DNA of 64,000 nt from the human T2T-CHM13v2.0 reference genome, Homo sapiens. Under the pieces are notes generated by a model. That model searched no databases, was not told the DNA's origin, and worked only from the letters and a program-made list of their open reading frames with translations. Every line of letters starts with the position of its first letter. The first letter of the stretch is position 1. Where the stretch lies: assembly GCF_009914755.1 (NCBI RefSeq), contig NC_060939.1, one strand, 5' to 3'. Shown here in pieces: positions 1 through 14,686 of the stretch. The position numbers and the translations under genes were made by a program.

Positions 1-2025
1 AGATGTCAATTATTCACAAATTGATATACAAGTTTTATGAAATTTCTACCAAAATCTCAGAAAGATTTTTTATGGCTGTAGATAAAGACCATTAAGCAAT
101 TTTAAGGTAAGTCAACAGAACTAGAATAGTTAAAACTGTTCTGAAAAAGGAGAAAAATTGGGAGAAATCAGTTTACATGATATCAAAACATTATACAGCT
201 ATGGTAATCAAGACTGTGATGATAGGATGGACCTGGATAAATAGAACACAATAGACAACCCAGAAAGAGACCCACAAAAATAAGCCTGATTGATTCTGAC
301 AAATGTACAAAAAAGAAATTCAATGAAAAAAAGGCAGCCATTCCAACAAATAGTGCCAGACGAATAGGACATACATAGGCCAAAAAGTAAGCTTCAACCA
401 AAGACTTAAATCTTATACAAAAATTGAACTCAAAATGAATCATAAATTTTAATGTAAAATGAAAAACTATAAAAGTATTAGGAAAAAATAGGAGAAATTT
501 TTGAATTCTAGGGCTAAGAGGTTGTACACATCATACCAAAAGTACAATCCATAACAGGAAAAATTAATAAATTGCACAACATCAAAATTAAAAACATTTT
601 GCTCTGTGAAAAACCCTGTTGTGAATATGAAAAGATAATTTAAAGACTGGAAAACAATGTGTGCAAACCATATGTCTGATAAAGAACTAGTGTTTAGAAA
701 ATATAAAGAACTGTCTAAATTCTACGGTAGAAAACAAAACAAAGCAAAACAAAACAAAATTACCCAATTTGACTAGAAAATGGGCAATAGAAACAAAGAG
801 ATATTTCACTGAAGAGTAAATTCAGGTACAGATAAGCGCACAAAAGATGTTTAACACCACTTGCCATCAGGGAAATATAAATTAAAATCTCAGTGAAATA
901 TCATTACAAATTTATCAGAATGACTAAAATAAAAAATAGTGACAGCATCAAAAGTTAGCAAGGATGTGTTGAAACTGGATCATTCCTACATTGCTGGTGG
1001 GAAAGTAAAATGGTAGAGCAACTCTGTAAAATTGTTTGGCAGTTGCTTATCAAGATGCAACTGCCATACAACCACAGTAATTTCACTTTTGGGTATTTAT
1101 ACCAGAGAAATGAAACATGTTTACTCTAACTGTACCTGTATGTATAGTGCAGCTTTATTTATAATAGCCCCAAACTGGAAATAGTTCAGATGTATTTAAA
1201 GGGTGAATGATAAAAAAATGTGGTACATTCATACCAGGGAATATCAGTCAGAAATAAAAAGAAATGAAGTATGGATAATAATAATCTGAATCCTCAGGCT
1301 AAGTGAAAAAAAGCCAGTACCAAACATTACACACTATATCATTCCATTTATATAACATTCTTGAAATGACAAAATTATACAAAAATATAGCAGAGTAGCT
1401 TTTATTTGAGGTTAAGGAGAGGGTGAGAGCAGGACGAAAAGGGGTATGGCTATAAAAGGGGAACCTTAGGGACCTTTGTGGTGATTAAATGTTCTGTACC
1501 TTTACTGTATCAGTGTCTGGTTGTGATATTATAATATAGTGTATTAGTCCATTCTCACACTGCTAATAAAGACATATCTGAGACTAGGTAATTTATAAAG
1601 GAAAGAGGTTTAATTGACTCACAGTTCTGCAGGGCTTGGGAGGCCTCAGGAAACTTACAATTAATGATGGAAGGGGAAGCAAACATGTTCCTCTTCACAT
1701 GGTGGCAGCAAGGAGAAGAGCAAAGCAAACGGAGGGAAGAGCCCCTTATGAAACCATCAGATCTTGTGAGAACTCACTCACTATCATAAGCACAGCAACA
1801 TGGGGGCAACTGCCCCCAGGATTCCATTACCTCCCGCCAGGTCCCTCCCATGACATTTGGGGATTATGGGAACTACAGTGGGGACACAACCAAACCATAT
1901 CATATAGTTTTGCAAGATGTTACCACTGGGGGAAACTGGTTAAAGGGCACACAGGATGTCTCTGTAATATCTTTTACAACTATATGTGAACCTATCATAA
2001 TCTCAAAACAAATGTTTAATTAAAA
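1..2025 (+). mobile_element. Old L1 (L1MC/L1MD-type) ORF2 3' end plus 3' UTR, interrupted by a THE1 LTR
   Basis: Degenerate L1 ORF2 C-terminal sequence (e.g. tacattgctggtgggaaagtaaaatggta) and an L1MC/MD-type 3' end (gttttgcaagatgttaccactgggggaaactgg...ctcaaaacaaatgtttaattaaaa) that resumes after the LTR. Confidence 0.85.
1540..1902 (-). mobile_element. THE1 (THE1C/D-like) MaLR solo LTR
   Basis: Termini tgtattagtcc...aaaccatatca; perfect 5-bp TSD TATAG at 1535-1539 and 1903-1907; small deletion near the LTR 5' end. Confidence 0.92.
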
Positions 2026-2543
2026 CATGAATGGCATTAAAAACTCATTTTGTACTTGAAGGAGGAACAATGCATTGTGGAATGAATTCATGTAATCACT
2101 AGGTGTGCCATTTACTCCTGACTCAGTGTTTTAAGCATCCCATTACTGTAAAGGCATTAGACACAGATAATTAATGAAATCAATCATAATTAATTCCTTC
2201 AGTGTTCCTACACTCATAGTATATATTTCCTGAAGAGTTTCAGTCCAATTTGACATTAATGGAGACGGAAAATAGTAAAAAGATTTTGAATTTATAGGAT
2301 GATGTTACACATTATAAGGTTTTTTTTGTCATCGAGAGGTACTTGTGGCTTTATAAAGCGAAAGTGGGAAGCTCCAATAGTTCATCAGGATCAGTCCATC
2401 ATTATGATGGATTTTACATGAATCGAATAGGCATATAAAATAATAATATTTTACTATCTTGGTTTTTCTAAGTCTAGGCTGTAGCTAGATTTTTTTTTTT
2501 TTTTTTGGCAACAGGGCATAATAATGGTACCGATGTATTTAAT

Positions 2544-3150
2544 TTTAAATTGAGGTATCAGTTAAATAGAGTGGAATGAAGAGTTCTGAAGTGTGTAGAG
2601 GATCGTTCTTGACAAATGTTCACTCCCATACAACCCACAGCCCTGTAGCACATGCTTACATCGCTCCAGATAGCTTCCTCATGCCTTCCTCAAAACACAG
2701 TCATTTATCTCTTATTTCTTTCACTATGACACCATTTCCTTTATGGAGTGTATAAAGCGTTATTTGTAAAAATCAGGTTAGGTGTTTTAGTGATCAAGTT
2801 GTAGAAGTTCTATATATCATATGGATATAAGCTATTATATTTGTCACATATAAGTACTGGTGTCATAGAGATGAGTAGCTATGCCTATATGTAATAAAAC
2901 CATACAGTTTGTATGCTTTTTTGTCTGGATTTTTTGATCAGCATCATGCTTTCAAGATTCATTCATTAGTTATTTAGTTTATAGCTTAATAGTATCTTAT
3001 CATAAGAATATAATGATTTAATCAATTCTGCTGATAAACATTTAAACAGTTTCTATTTTGGAGCTATTATAAATAAAGCTGCCACCAATATTATTGTACA
3101 AATCTTTTTGTGGATACATGGTACCATTTTCTTTTCTTGAGTAAGTATCT
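2544..3150 (-). mobile_element. Old L1 (L1ME-like) 3' region fragment, antisense
   Basis: Antisense L1 3' motifs (ttttaaattgaggtat..., gctattataaataaagctgcc...tttttgtggatacatg). Confidence 0.65.
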
Positions 3151-3679
3151 AAAATATAAATCTACATATCCAAGCTCCACAAACTCCAAGTAGAATAAAT
3201 GTAAGAGATCCCAGACACATCGTAGTCAGGAAGTAAAATGAAAAAGACAAGAGGAAATGTATAAAGCAGCAAGAGACATGACTCATCACATACAAAGAGG
3301 TCCCAGAAGGTTAAAGAATGACTTCCGATCAAGAATAACAAAGGTTAGAAGGTAGTGGGATGACATGTTCAAAGAGCAGAAAGAAAAACGAAACTTAATA
3401 GAAAAATCTTCTACCTAGCAAGTCATCTTTAAAAAATGCTATTGAAAAACAATAGCCACAGATAAGCAAAAACTGAGAGAATTGATAGCAGACCCAACTA
3501 ACAAGATATACTAAGGCAGTCACACTGAAAGCAAGTGACACTAGACAGCAATCTGAATACATATTTTAGACAAAAAAGAACCAGCAAAGATATGTGGGTA
3601 TTTTATAAAGACATGTTAACTACATATTTATTCTATTTTATCCTCATAACTGATTAGCTGATTTAAAAGCCATCAAACT

Positions 3680-3683
<4 letters not shown>

Positions 3684-3717
<34 letters not shown>
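3684..3717 (+). repeat. (GA)n microsatellite
   Basis: About 17 uninterrupted AG units. Confidence 0.95.
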
Positions 3718-3721
<4 letters not shown>

Positions 3722-3722
3722 C

Positions 3723-4272
3723 TGTGATTGTTAATATTGAGTGCCAACTTGATTGGATTGAAGAATGCCAAGTATTGTTCCTGGGTGTGTCTGTGAGGGT
3801 GTTGCCAAAGGAGACTAACATTTGAGTCAGTGGGCTGGGAGAAGCCGACCCACCCTCAATCTGGGTGAGCACCATCTAATCAGCTGCCAGTGGGGCTGGA
3901 ATAAAGCAAGCAGAAAACTTGGAAAGAGCAGATTTCTGAGTCTTCTGGCCTTTATCTTTCTCCTGTGCTGGATGCTTCCTGCCCTCGAACATCAGCCTCC
4001 AAGTTCTTCAGCTTTTGAACTCTTGGACTTATACCAGTGGTTTACCATGTGCTCTCAGGCCTCTGGCCACAGACTGCACCATCAGCTTCCACATTTTTGA
4101 GGTTTTGGGACGCAGACTGAGCCAACACTGGCTTCTTTGCTCCTCAACTTGCAGACAACCTACCATAGGATTTTACCTTGTGATTGTGTGAGTCAATTCT
4201 CCTTAATAAACTCCCTTCACATATACATATATCCTACTAGTTCTGTCTCTCTAGAGAACTCTGACCAATATA
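3723..4272 (+). mobile_element. MLT2A2-like ERVL (HERV-L) solo LTR
   Basis: Starts tgtgattgttaatattgagtgccaacttgattggattgaag and ends ctagagaactctgaccaata; about 550 bp; imperfect TSD tacac/tatac. Confidence 0.92.
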
Positions 4273-5748
4273 TATACTATATATATATATAGTATTTTTG
4301 ATCTTATAACATACAGAAATATATTTTACAATAATGGCACAAAGAAGTTGAGTGGGAATAAACCTGTATTGGAGAAACACAAGGACATCAGATAATAAGT
4401 CAAATTCACAGGAAGAAAGGATAAGAACCTGAAAGAAAAAAATGAGATCATAGTTAAGACAAACCTAAATATACATTCTCCTTTCTTCTCTCAACATCTT
4501 TAAAAGATATAACTTATCAAAAGTAATAACTAGAACAATGTAATTGTTGGATTAATTATACGTATAGAAACAAAATGTACAAAATAATGACAAAAGGGTA
4601 AGTGAGAATACAGATATGTAGGAATAAAGTTTCTGTATCTCACTGAAAATTAGTATTTGGAATAGATTCTGGTATGTATATTGTAAGTTCTAGAGAAATC
4701 ACTAAGGAAATCTTAAAAATTTTGAAAAGAAAAGCTTTATATGAATTAAAATGACACATTAGAAAATACTCATTTAAGAAAAAACAGGCAAAAAGCAGAG
4801 ATAAATGAGCAAGAACAAAAAATGAGGCATATAGACCTAGAAAAGCAAAATAACAGACAAATCACACCATATTAAGAATGGCATTAAAATGAATGATTTA
4901 TACAAATAAATCAAAAGGTAGCAATTGCTAAAATTTATTTAAAACAAATAAAAATACCCAAGTATGTACTTTCTTCAAGAGTTCCAAATTCTATTGAAAG
5001 ATACAAATATGTTGGATGTAAAGAATGCAGAAATATATTATCATGAAAACAGTAACTATAAACAAGCTGGAATGGCTATGCTGATATTGGACAAAAATGA
5101 ACTTGATATGAAGAAGAAGACAGAAAATATCATTAGAGATAAAGAATAAAAGTTTTAGGTATCAGAAATATATAAAAATTATAAATTAACAACTGAATTC
5201 CCAAATATGTAATGTAAAACTCTCAAAATTGACGAGAAGATAGGGAACTCAGAAATAATGGTTATAGACTTCAATACTCCACTATTAACCACGGAAGGAA
5301 TAACCAAAAAGGAGACTAACGTGGCAATAAAGAAGTTGAACAACACTAGAAATGCATAGAAATAACATACACCTCTAAGACATTGCATTCCACAATAGCA
5401 GAGTACATAGCTAGTGTAGGTGAAACGTTCACTATCACCAGGATCTGGGTCATAAGATTAGCCTAAAAAAAATGAAAGGATTAAATTCATATTAAGCATG
5501 TTTTTAACCACAATGGAATAATATTAGAAATCAATTACAAAGGAAGTTTGAGAAATTTACAGATATGTGGAAATTCAAGCCCTTAAAATACCAGTGGGTT
5601 CAAAGAAGAGAAAGCAGAAACTATTTGAAGATAAAGGAAAAGAAGAACACAGCATACCAAAACTTACAGGATATAGCTGAAGCAGTGCTTATAGAAAAAT
5701 ATATAGCTGTAAACACCTTTATTTTAAAAGAAGAAATGTTTCAAAGAA

Positions 5749-6240
5749 TAGTGGGAAAATATGGCTTCTCCCCAAAGATCTCTAATCTCTGGAACCTGTG
5801 TATTACCTCTTACATGACAAAAGGGAATTAAGTGTGCGTATGGAATTAGATTTACTAATGAGCTGACCGTAAAGTAGGAGGATTATTGTGGATTATTCAG
5901 ATAGATCCAATGGAATCACACGAATCTCTAAACGTGGAAGAGAGAATCAGAAGAGAGAACTGGAGAGTCAGAGTGAGAATTGAAGATGCTACATTCTTGG
6001 TTTTAAAGGTCAAGGGAAGGGCTTATGCACCAGGGAATGCGGGAAGCCTCTAGCAACTGGAAAAGACAAGGAAATAGATTCTCCTCCAGAGTCTCCAGAA
6101 AAGAACCCAGCCCCACTGACATCTTGACATATGCTTAGACATATGCTTGACTTGAAACAACAGAACTGTAAGATAAAAAATTTGTATTAAGTTCATAAAT
6201 TTGTATTAATTTGTTACAACAGCAATAGAAAATGAAAACA
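5749..6240 (+). mobile_element. MLT1D-like MaLR LTR
   Basis: Typical MLT1 segments (ggaaaagacaaggaaatagattctcctccagagtctccagaa; tttgttacaacagcaatagaaaatgaaaaca). Confidence 0.8.
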
Positions 6241-6574
6241 CTAATCAGTAAACTTAACATTTTAAGACTAGAAAAATATGCCCAAAGCAGTCAGAGGAAG
6301 GGAATAATAAGAATTAGAATAAAACTTAATTTAAAAAGGAAATAAATAAAATCAAAACATCCTTTTTAAAAAAAAATTAACAACATTAACCTCAGCTAGA
6401 CTTATAAAAAAATGGAAAGAAGATTCAAAATAGAAAAATCTGTAATGAAAGAGGTGACATATTCACTAGTCTTAAAGACTAGTTTAAGGGACATATTAAA
6501 AATAATTTAATTGTACACTTAACATTGGCATGTCATCTGGTATGTGAATGATATCTCAAATCTTCTTCAAAAAT

Positions 6575-8075
6575 ATTTTAAATATGGTGATTTTCCCCCA
6601 AATTTTCTACAGATTCAACGCAATCCTAGCAAAAACTAGCAGGCTTTTTTTTTTTTTTTTTTTTTTGAGAAATCAACACAATGAACCTAAAACTTTATGG
6701 AAACTCCAAGAACCTAGAATAAGCAAAGTCATTTTCCAAAAGAAGAATAAAACTGTAGGTTTCCACTAATCTATTTCAAACTTAAGCCATGGTAATCAAA
6801 ATGACATGATACTGGTAAGAGTTAGACATACAGATCAAAGGAACAAAATGAGATCACAGACATAAATTCTGGAATATTCAACTGATTTTTGACATCATTG
6901 CTAAGGCTATTCTTTGGGAAAAAAGGATAGTCTTTTCAACTATTGGTTCTGGGATAGCTGACTATACATATACCAAAACAACAACAATGACCAAATCCCA
7001 AACAAAAACTAAACTTTGGTTGATGCCTCATATAACATGCAAAACTTAACTCAAAATAGATTACAGATTCAAATATAAAGTTGCAAGCCATACTACTTTT
7101 AGAATGAAGGATTTTGACCTTAGATTAGGCAAAGATTTTCTGCAGATGACAGCAAAAGCATAATCTGTATAAGAACAATATGATAAATATCAGGGAATAA
7201 AAAACTTTTGGTCTTCAAAAACACCATTAGGAAAATGAAAGTAAACAAATAGACAAAAACAAGCTACAAAGTAGAAAAAAAAAGTATTTGCAAATCCTTT
7301 ATCTGAAAAGCTACGCAATGTCATGTCATTGGATAAATAAAAGTTAAAACTACAATGTCATACTACTATACCTCTATTAGAATGGCTATAATTAAGTAGA
7401 CTGACAATACTAGGTGTTGGTGAGAATATGGAGAAACTGGAACTCTAAAACATCACTGCTGGGAATGTAAAATGGTGCCAATATGTTGAAAATAGCTTGA
7501 CGGTTTATTACAAAAAACCATAAAAAATGTAAACTTAACAAACCAACAATTCCAGTCAGATTTCTTCTTAAGAAAAATATAAAACCATGTATCCACCCAA
7601 AGATTAGTATATGAATGTTCATAGCAGGATTATTTATACTAGCCCTAACCAGAAAATAATCTAAATGTCCATCAACTTGTGAATAATAAGTAAACAAAAT
7701 ATGCTACATGGAGTTCAGTAATAAAATGGAATGGAATACTGATATATGCCCCCCTAAAATAGCAAACCTCAAATACGTGATGCTAGGTAAAAGAAACCAG
7801 ATGTGAAAGGCAAGTTGTATCATTCCAGTTACATGAAATTTCTAGAAAAGGAAAATGTGTGGAGACAGAAGGAAAATCAGTGGTCATTTGTGGCTGGAAG
7901 TGAGGCAGGGTTTGACCGCAAACAAGACCCGAGGAACTTTTCAGGGTAATATGAAGGTTCTAAAACTCATTTGTAATAGTGGTTACCCAGTGGTGTAAAT
8001 GTACTAAAATTTAATGAATTTTACACTTAAAATCAACGATCTTTATAGCACATAAATTGTATAACAATTTAAAAT
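6575..8075 (+). mobile_element. Old L1 (L1ME-like) ORF2 3' end plus 3' UTR
   Basis: tacagattcaacgcaatcc; gtgttggtgagaatatggagaaactggaactc; 3' end ttacacttaaaatc...aaattgtataacaat. Confidence 0.8.
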
Positions 8076-11000
8076 ATCTTATCACATGAAAAAATAAAAT
8101 GTATTATCATATTTCTGAAAAAACTTAGATTTTTTTTTAGAAACTTCAGTCTCTCAGACTCTTGGTAGTTCCTGGGTCAAGTCATAAAAACTAAAAGTCT
8201 TGGATCTCTATGTAAATGATTCTAAATTGTTAACAGCCATGCAAATCAGAGACACTATTACCTTTCCTTTAAACTAAATATTATATTATATTACATTATA
8301 TTATATATAATTTTATTATGTTTTTATAATATATTTTAAATCATTTATAGTTTAAAGGAAATAAACTGCATATGTAACTATTATATATAATTTAAGGGAA
8401 AGAATGTATATATCTCACTGAAGATCCCAATATGGATATACGTACGTAGAAAAAATCTAGGTACCTATGGGATGGCTTCTTTAACCACTTTCTAAGAATT
8501 ATGTTCATTCATTACATCATCAGCTACATATTTCCAAGTAACATGGCTACTTCATCTAGTTGAGAAATTGCCCTTCTGCTTTATTAGTTTTCCACTTCTG
8601 AGTATGTTACAATGTTGAAGTTAGAAAATGTGTTAAAAGACTATTTTTATTCTCATAAATTATTAAAATTGTAAGTTATTAGAATTTATCCAAATATTAT
8701 GATAGCCAATCCAGGGCAAACATTTAAAGTGACTTTTTGAAATTAGAAATGAAATAAAACCCAACATATGTTATGAAATCTAAGAAGACATTTATAGTTG
8801 TAAGACGTATAGCTACTTTCCATACAAATTAAAAAAGAACAATGCTCTCAATTAAGTTAAGACATGCCCTCAGTTGTAGGATGCATTCAAATGTGAAAAA
8901 ATGCAAGTCTACCTTTTGATGAAGTTTCTATTTATTTTGCTGCATCTCTTCCAAATATTGCCAGTTTTCCAAATGAATACCATTTAGGGTTGGGAGTGAT
9001 TGTTACTATTAGTTTCAAATGAGTCAAATTTGAGTCAATTGACAGCAGTTTTCCATTCGTAAAATAAAGGTTATGTTTTAATATTTTTTACAATAGGAAA
9101 GACCCTCTTAATCTACAGATTCTTTGAAAGAAAATTGTCTTTTTCATCTACCCATCAATCAATGTAATACTATAAGAATAGGATTTTTAATGTGTCACAT
9201 AGTGATCCAGTCAGTTGGATATATTCAATTGCTATTAGTGGTGAAATTATTATTTAATTACCGTCAACTCTGTGTCAAATATTACTAGTAGGGAATTTTA
9301 GAACAATGATAGTTGATGGTAATTTATTAATCAATTTCATAGTACTGCTCAGCTAAGCAAAATTTTCTCAATTAAAATAAATAACTAAACCTGAAAGGGT
9401 ATATTTGTAGCTTAAGAATGTTGACCATATATCGAGAATTTTGACCACCATATTAATAGTCAGATAATGAAACTTTTTCCAGAAGATAAAAGCTTGTTTG
9501 GGGCAGAATACTTACTTTTTATTAGTATTCTCTTTGAACAGTTGGAGGGCTTTCTCTTTTCCTCCCTCTTACTACCTCCATCCCTTCATTCCTCTCTCAC
9601 TTTCTCCCACTTTTTTCTTCCTGCTTCTATCTTTGCTCCCTCCCTTCATTCTTTCCTTTTCCTTTAGTTTCCTTTCTTAAATAATTTGGTATGTATCTTG
9701 ATATATTTTCTTTTGTTTTTTCTTAAAATAATTATAATTTAAAAGTTTCATATTTCCTCAGAATTTAAGGGGAGATTTATTCATTCAACTAAGAAATAAC
9801 CATTATTGATTAATTTTTACTTTTATGTTCAAAATAATTTTTGTTGTTGTTGTGACAGTTGTTGCTAAGATGGGGAGGGAAATTTATCTTTGCCTTTCTG
9901 GGCAGTCACTATATAGAAAGGGCTTTGTGAGATTTACATACTGCACACATGTCAATGAAAAATACCTACACTGACTTACTGAGGGATTCAACATTCCCTA
10001 AGATTACTTAACTAGGCCTCAACATTGTAGCCTAGGTGTATCCAAAAATGCCTTTTTGCTAGGTGATTAAATAAAAGACACATGCTAATGACCTCAAAGC
10101 AAACACTACAGAAGCATAAAAACAAATTATATATTACATACCTGCCCCTCCGGCTCTCAGATCCTGCCCTTCAATGAAGCTTCAGATGCCCATCAGAAAA
10201 CCCAGCCAAGGTTCCCAGGTTTGTTTCCATCTGTGGAGTGTCAGGCTATTTGTCTAAAGACACTGCCTCCTCAAATGGACTTGCTTAGCTGTAATTTACT
10301 CCCTGGTGGAAGGTCACATGTTTCCCTGTCCTTGCCAGCTAGGCATAATGGGTAAGGCCTTCTCTTCTCATCTCTGGCTTTCCTCTTGCCTAAATGAAAA
10401 GAAGTTGGCAGAATGTTTGTTTTCTATTGAGAGAACCCAATACCCAGTTAGCCTGGGCAGCAGTGGAAACTTGATGTAAACCAAAATATGCTGTAAATTT
10501 AAATTATAATGAAAATCGAGAGCTGTTGGGTTTCATGCATATTAGTGCTGATGGTTTAAAGAAATGGCAGAAAACTATTATACAGTAAATATGCAGAATA
10601 TGTGCCTGGTCTGTGTGTATGTGAACCCAATGCAGGTCAGCATGGATGTTACAGCTGAGAACATGGAGGAAACTGTTAATGAAGATGGGTACAACTGGAA
10701 GTCAAGTCCACAATGCCATTGTCTTAGCATCATTACTGACTCATTAGAGGAGTTCAGTGCAAAACACCACTTCTATAACAAGGGAAATTTCTAATTGTAT
10801 CTCTTATCATTAAAATGAGTTTGAATTATATTTATCAATAGTTAACACTTCCATGTATATGTGGGTTCCCACAATTTATAAATTCACTGTTATATTGATT
10901 GGTTTGGAACCTTACTTGCTGACCAAGGAGAGTAGAGCAAGTAGATGATCTGTCAATGAATTAGTAAATGTAATGAGAAAGATAATACAGCTCCTGAACC

Positions 11001-11184
11001 CAAGTAACAGTAATGTAAGAATTAGACATTTTGAGGATTACGTGCTCACTTGATTTCTAGATATAACAAGCAACAAGCATTTTATGGCAATTCTAACATA
11101 GCCAGTTACTAGTTGTAAAGCCTTTTGAAATGCGTATTTAGGGGTTTAATTTTTGTTATTTTTTTCTTTTTTAATTTTTACTTC

Positions 11185-11301
11185 TTTTTAGAGATAAGGC
11201 CTTATTCTGTCACTCAGGAAGGAGTGCACCTGACATGATCGTAGATGACTGTAGCCTTGAACTCCTGGGTGCATGGGATCCTCCTGTCTCAGCCTCCCAA
11301 A
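11185..11301 (-). mobile_element. Alu monomer fragment (AluJ/FRAM-like)
   Basis: Degenerate Alu arm: gccttgaactcctggg...cctcctgtctcagcctcccaa. Confidence 0.75.
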
Positions 11302-11496
11302 TGTTTTAATCAATATAATGGGAATGGTGTAATATTTATTTTTAAATAAAATTCTTGAAACACTAAAATGGGAATGTATCTGTGAAAACAATTTATAATC
11401 TCTAAAGTTTTAACCCTGTATAATATTTATAAAATAATAAAAATAACAATAACATTAATAATAATGAAGAGAGGAATTACAATTAAAATCTTTTAA

Positions 11497-11807
11497 GGTG
11501 TGACAGTGGTCCATGCCTGTAATCCCAGCATTTAGGGAGGCTGAGCGGAGTGGGATCACTTGACCCCAGGAGTTTGAGACCAGCATGGGTAACCTGGTAA
11601 AACTCCATCGCTGTTATAAAAAAAAAAAAAAAAAAAAAAATTATCCAGGCACGGCAGCACATGCCTGTTAGTCCCAGCTACATGGGAAGCTGAGGTGGGA
11701 GGGTCCTTTTAGCCCAGGAGGCAGAGGCTGCAGTAAGCTAAGATTGTGTCACTGCACTCCAGCCCGGGTGACAGAGTGAGGTCCCATCTCAAAAACAAAC
11801 AAAAAAA
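11497..11807 (+). mobile_element. AluJ with expanded central A tract
   Basis: Dimeric Alu with J-type gatcacttgaccccaggagtttgag; central A run of about 23 nt. Confidence 0.9.
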
Positions 11808-13689
11808 TTTGAATACACTATTAGTTAGGCTTATTTATATCATGTAATTTAGTTTTTAATACTATGTTGAAGATATGATCAATAGTATGGAATCAGAACA
11901 TGAATTTATGTCATTTTAAAAGCAAAAAAATTATTCAAGAACTATTAAAAAATACTTGTCTAAATGTCCACTTTTTAGGAATGAATATAAGGCTATAAAT
12001 TGATGAAATCTAGCATCATATTTGATAAGGAGTGGAGTATGCTGCCCCCTTAATGTATGGCCTCAGTGGTAGAATGCAATGAGGGCTTATGCTGGTCCAG
12101 GACCTCCCTTCTGTATGGGATCTTCTTAGGGCAGAAGAGGCCATTGATAAGGGAGATTTAGGGCTGGGTCCAATAGAGATTCCTCCTGTCAGGGCACAGA
12201 ACAACTTCAGAGCCAATGGATTGGGGATGTCAGTTGAGATAAGGTATTTTGTAACACTATGTCTTACATATCCTAGATTTCCTTCCAAAAATGTCTGAGA
12301 TGTGATCAACCCACGTGCCAAGGTGCACGTTAAAAGCTTAATTCCAACGTTATCAGCAGGGTAACATTATTTTCCAAATATTACATCGTTTTCTGATGCA
12401 TATCCACTGAAACGATTGTAAGACACCAAAGAGGACAAAGTAACACGGGCTTGTATCATCACCATGGCTCTCCCCAGTTGCTAGATATTTTTTTCCAAAG
12501 ATGTAAGAAAGAGAATTAAAAGGAAGGCTGAGCAAGATCATAGAGGAGTAACAGATGGTTATGACTTTGAGTGAAATGCCACTCCAGCTATAATAGCAAT
12601 GTGCAGCTGGAAGGCAAAGGACTTTAGCCATGGGACTCCGTTCTCCACATAAAATGTCAGAATGAATACAAACTTGGGGTCTTGGGGTGCCTCATGCATT
12701 ATCATGGGCTGGAGTTGTAAGTTGGTAAGATAATTTGCTTTCTCACATTTTTATTACTGCTTCTTTGTGCCCTCTTGGAAGCTTGCCAGAGAGAGAGGGA
12801 GAGAAGAACAGGAAGAACAAAGAAAGAAGACAAAGGAAAGAGAGAAGTAGAAAGAATTTGAGAATGATTTTGTGTATGTGTGGAAGTATTGGTTTTTCCT
12901 GACACAAAGGAGAGTGCTTTGTCATTGTTTCCTTTATAACATTGATGGATTTCTTGTTGAGTGGGTATTGGGCTTTAGTTAAACGTGACAGAAGCAGAGA
13001 TTTATAGATAGCTGCCTCAGAGGCTGTCTGAAAGGCCCCATAATGTCTCAGGGCACAGATGTGTTTTCAGTGTTCACTTCTGGTAAATAACCAACGATTT
13101 CATACACTCCACCCCTTGGCCCTGATTAGAGCGCTCTCCTTGAAAAATGAAGTAGACCCTTGATGAAATCCAAAGCTAGGGCAGAAGAGAAGGTAGGAAG
13201 TGGGTTTGGTTTTGTTGTTTTTGTTTTGTTTTCTGTTGTTTGTTTGTTTTCTTATTTCAACTTAAATATTCACAGAAAGAACTGTGATATACATCTTGTC
13301 CTATGTTTTGTGTTCTATAGAAAGACAATATTCTGGATGATGAATTATGTTCTGAAGACCATTACTTTCCTCCTTCTACCCTGATAGCTTTAATAGCTCT
13401 AGAGAAATTCTGCCTATCTGTGCTGATGTATATATATATAAAATGTTTCTTGGTGAAAGCAAAAAAGTAAAAGTAAGGAACTAGACACAAACCACCATGA
13501 ACACAAACATATCACAGGATGCGCCTCCCTCCCTCTCTGTCTCTTATTCTCTCAGTCTCGTGTGTGGTTTGTACAATCCGTTACAGTTTATTTAACTCAA
13601 AACACATCAAAAGCTTTTATCATGTTATTATAAATCATGTCGTTCCTGTGCCATCGTGTACTTAGCCCTCTGATTTCAGGTTGCCTATG

Positions 13690-14230
<541 letters not shown>

Positions 14231-14686
14231 TCCTAAGTCTCAATGAAATCTTAGTGTTTCTTTTTTCTGACAAATTTTATATATCAGAGGTACTGCCACA
14301 GTATACTGAAATATTTATTTGCCAGATTCCTTTTGCCTTTAGGTTTTTATTATTTTTCAAAGGCATTGTTCATTTGCATCTTTATTAAGATCAAGCAGAA
14401 GGGTAAGTCTTAGTAGTATATTTTGAAAATGTGTTAAGAGTCCTTGCCTTCAACAAATAGGAAGAAAAAGAGTTAAACAATAGCCAAATAAATGGTAGAG
14501 GCAGACAAATAAGTGTCCTCTCTGTTGAGACAAAGAGGCAAAACACAGCAAAACAGCACTTTCAAACCCAAACTATAAGCTTCAGATCCTGCAGTATGCC
14601 CTTGGATTGCAGGTCTTGAGTTTATCAAACTGTCAAGAGCAAATAAAGCTAAAATTTTTATGCTGTCATGTAATTGTACTACTTAC

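Larger units (their letters stand above)
3153..6480 (+). mobile_element. Old L1M ORF1 3' part and ORF2 5' (endonuclease) region, interrupted by MLT2A and MLT1 LTRs
   Basis: ORF1-like text (cccagacacatcgtagtc, aaagcagcaagaga) and ORF2 EN-like text (gacttcaatactccacta; the 5565 ORF reads TAYQNLQDIAEAVL, resembling L1 TTYQNLWD.AKAV). Many stops. Confidence 0.75.

Noticed and set aside
6128-6150. Short tandem duplications (gacatatgctt x2 here; cctttggaaa x2 near 54051)
   Set aside because: Ordinary slippage duplications with no further structure.
10564-10794. 76-aa ATG ORF (MAENYYTV...) in non-repeat DNA
   Set aside because: No recognisable homology or convincing splice or promoter context; the length is within chance expectation.
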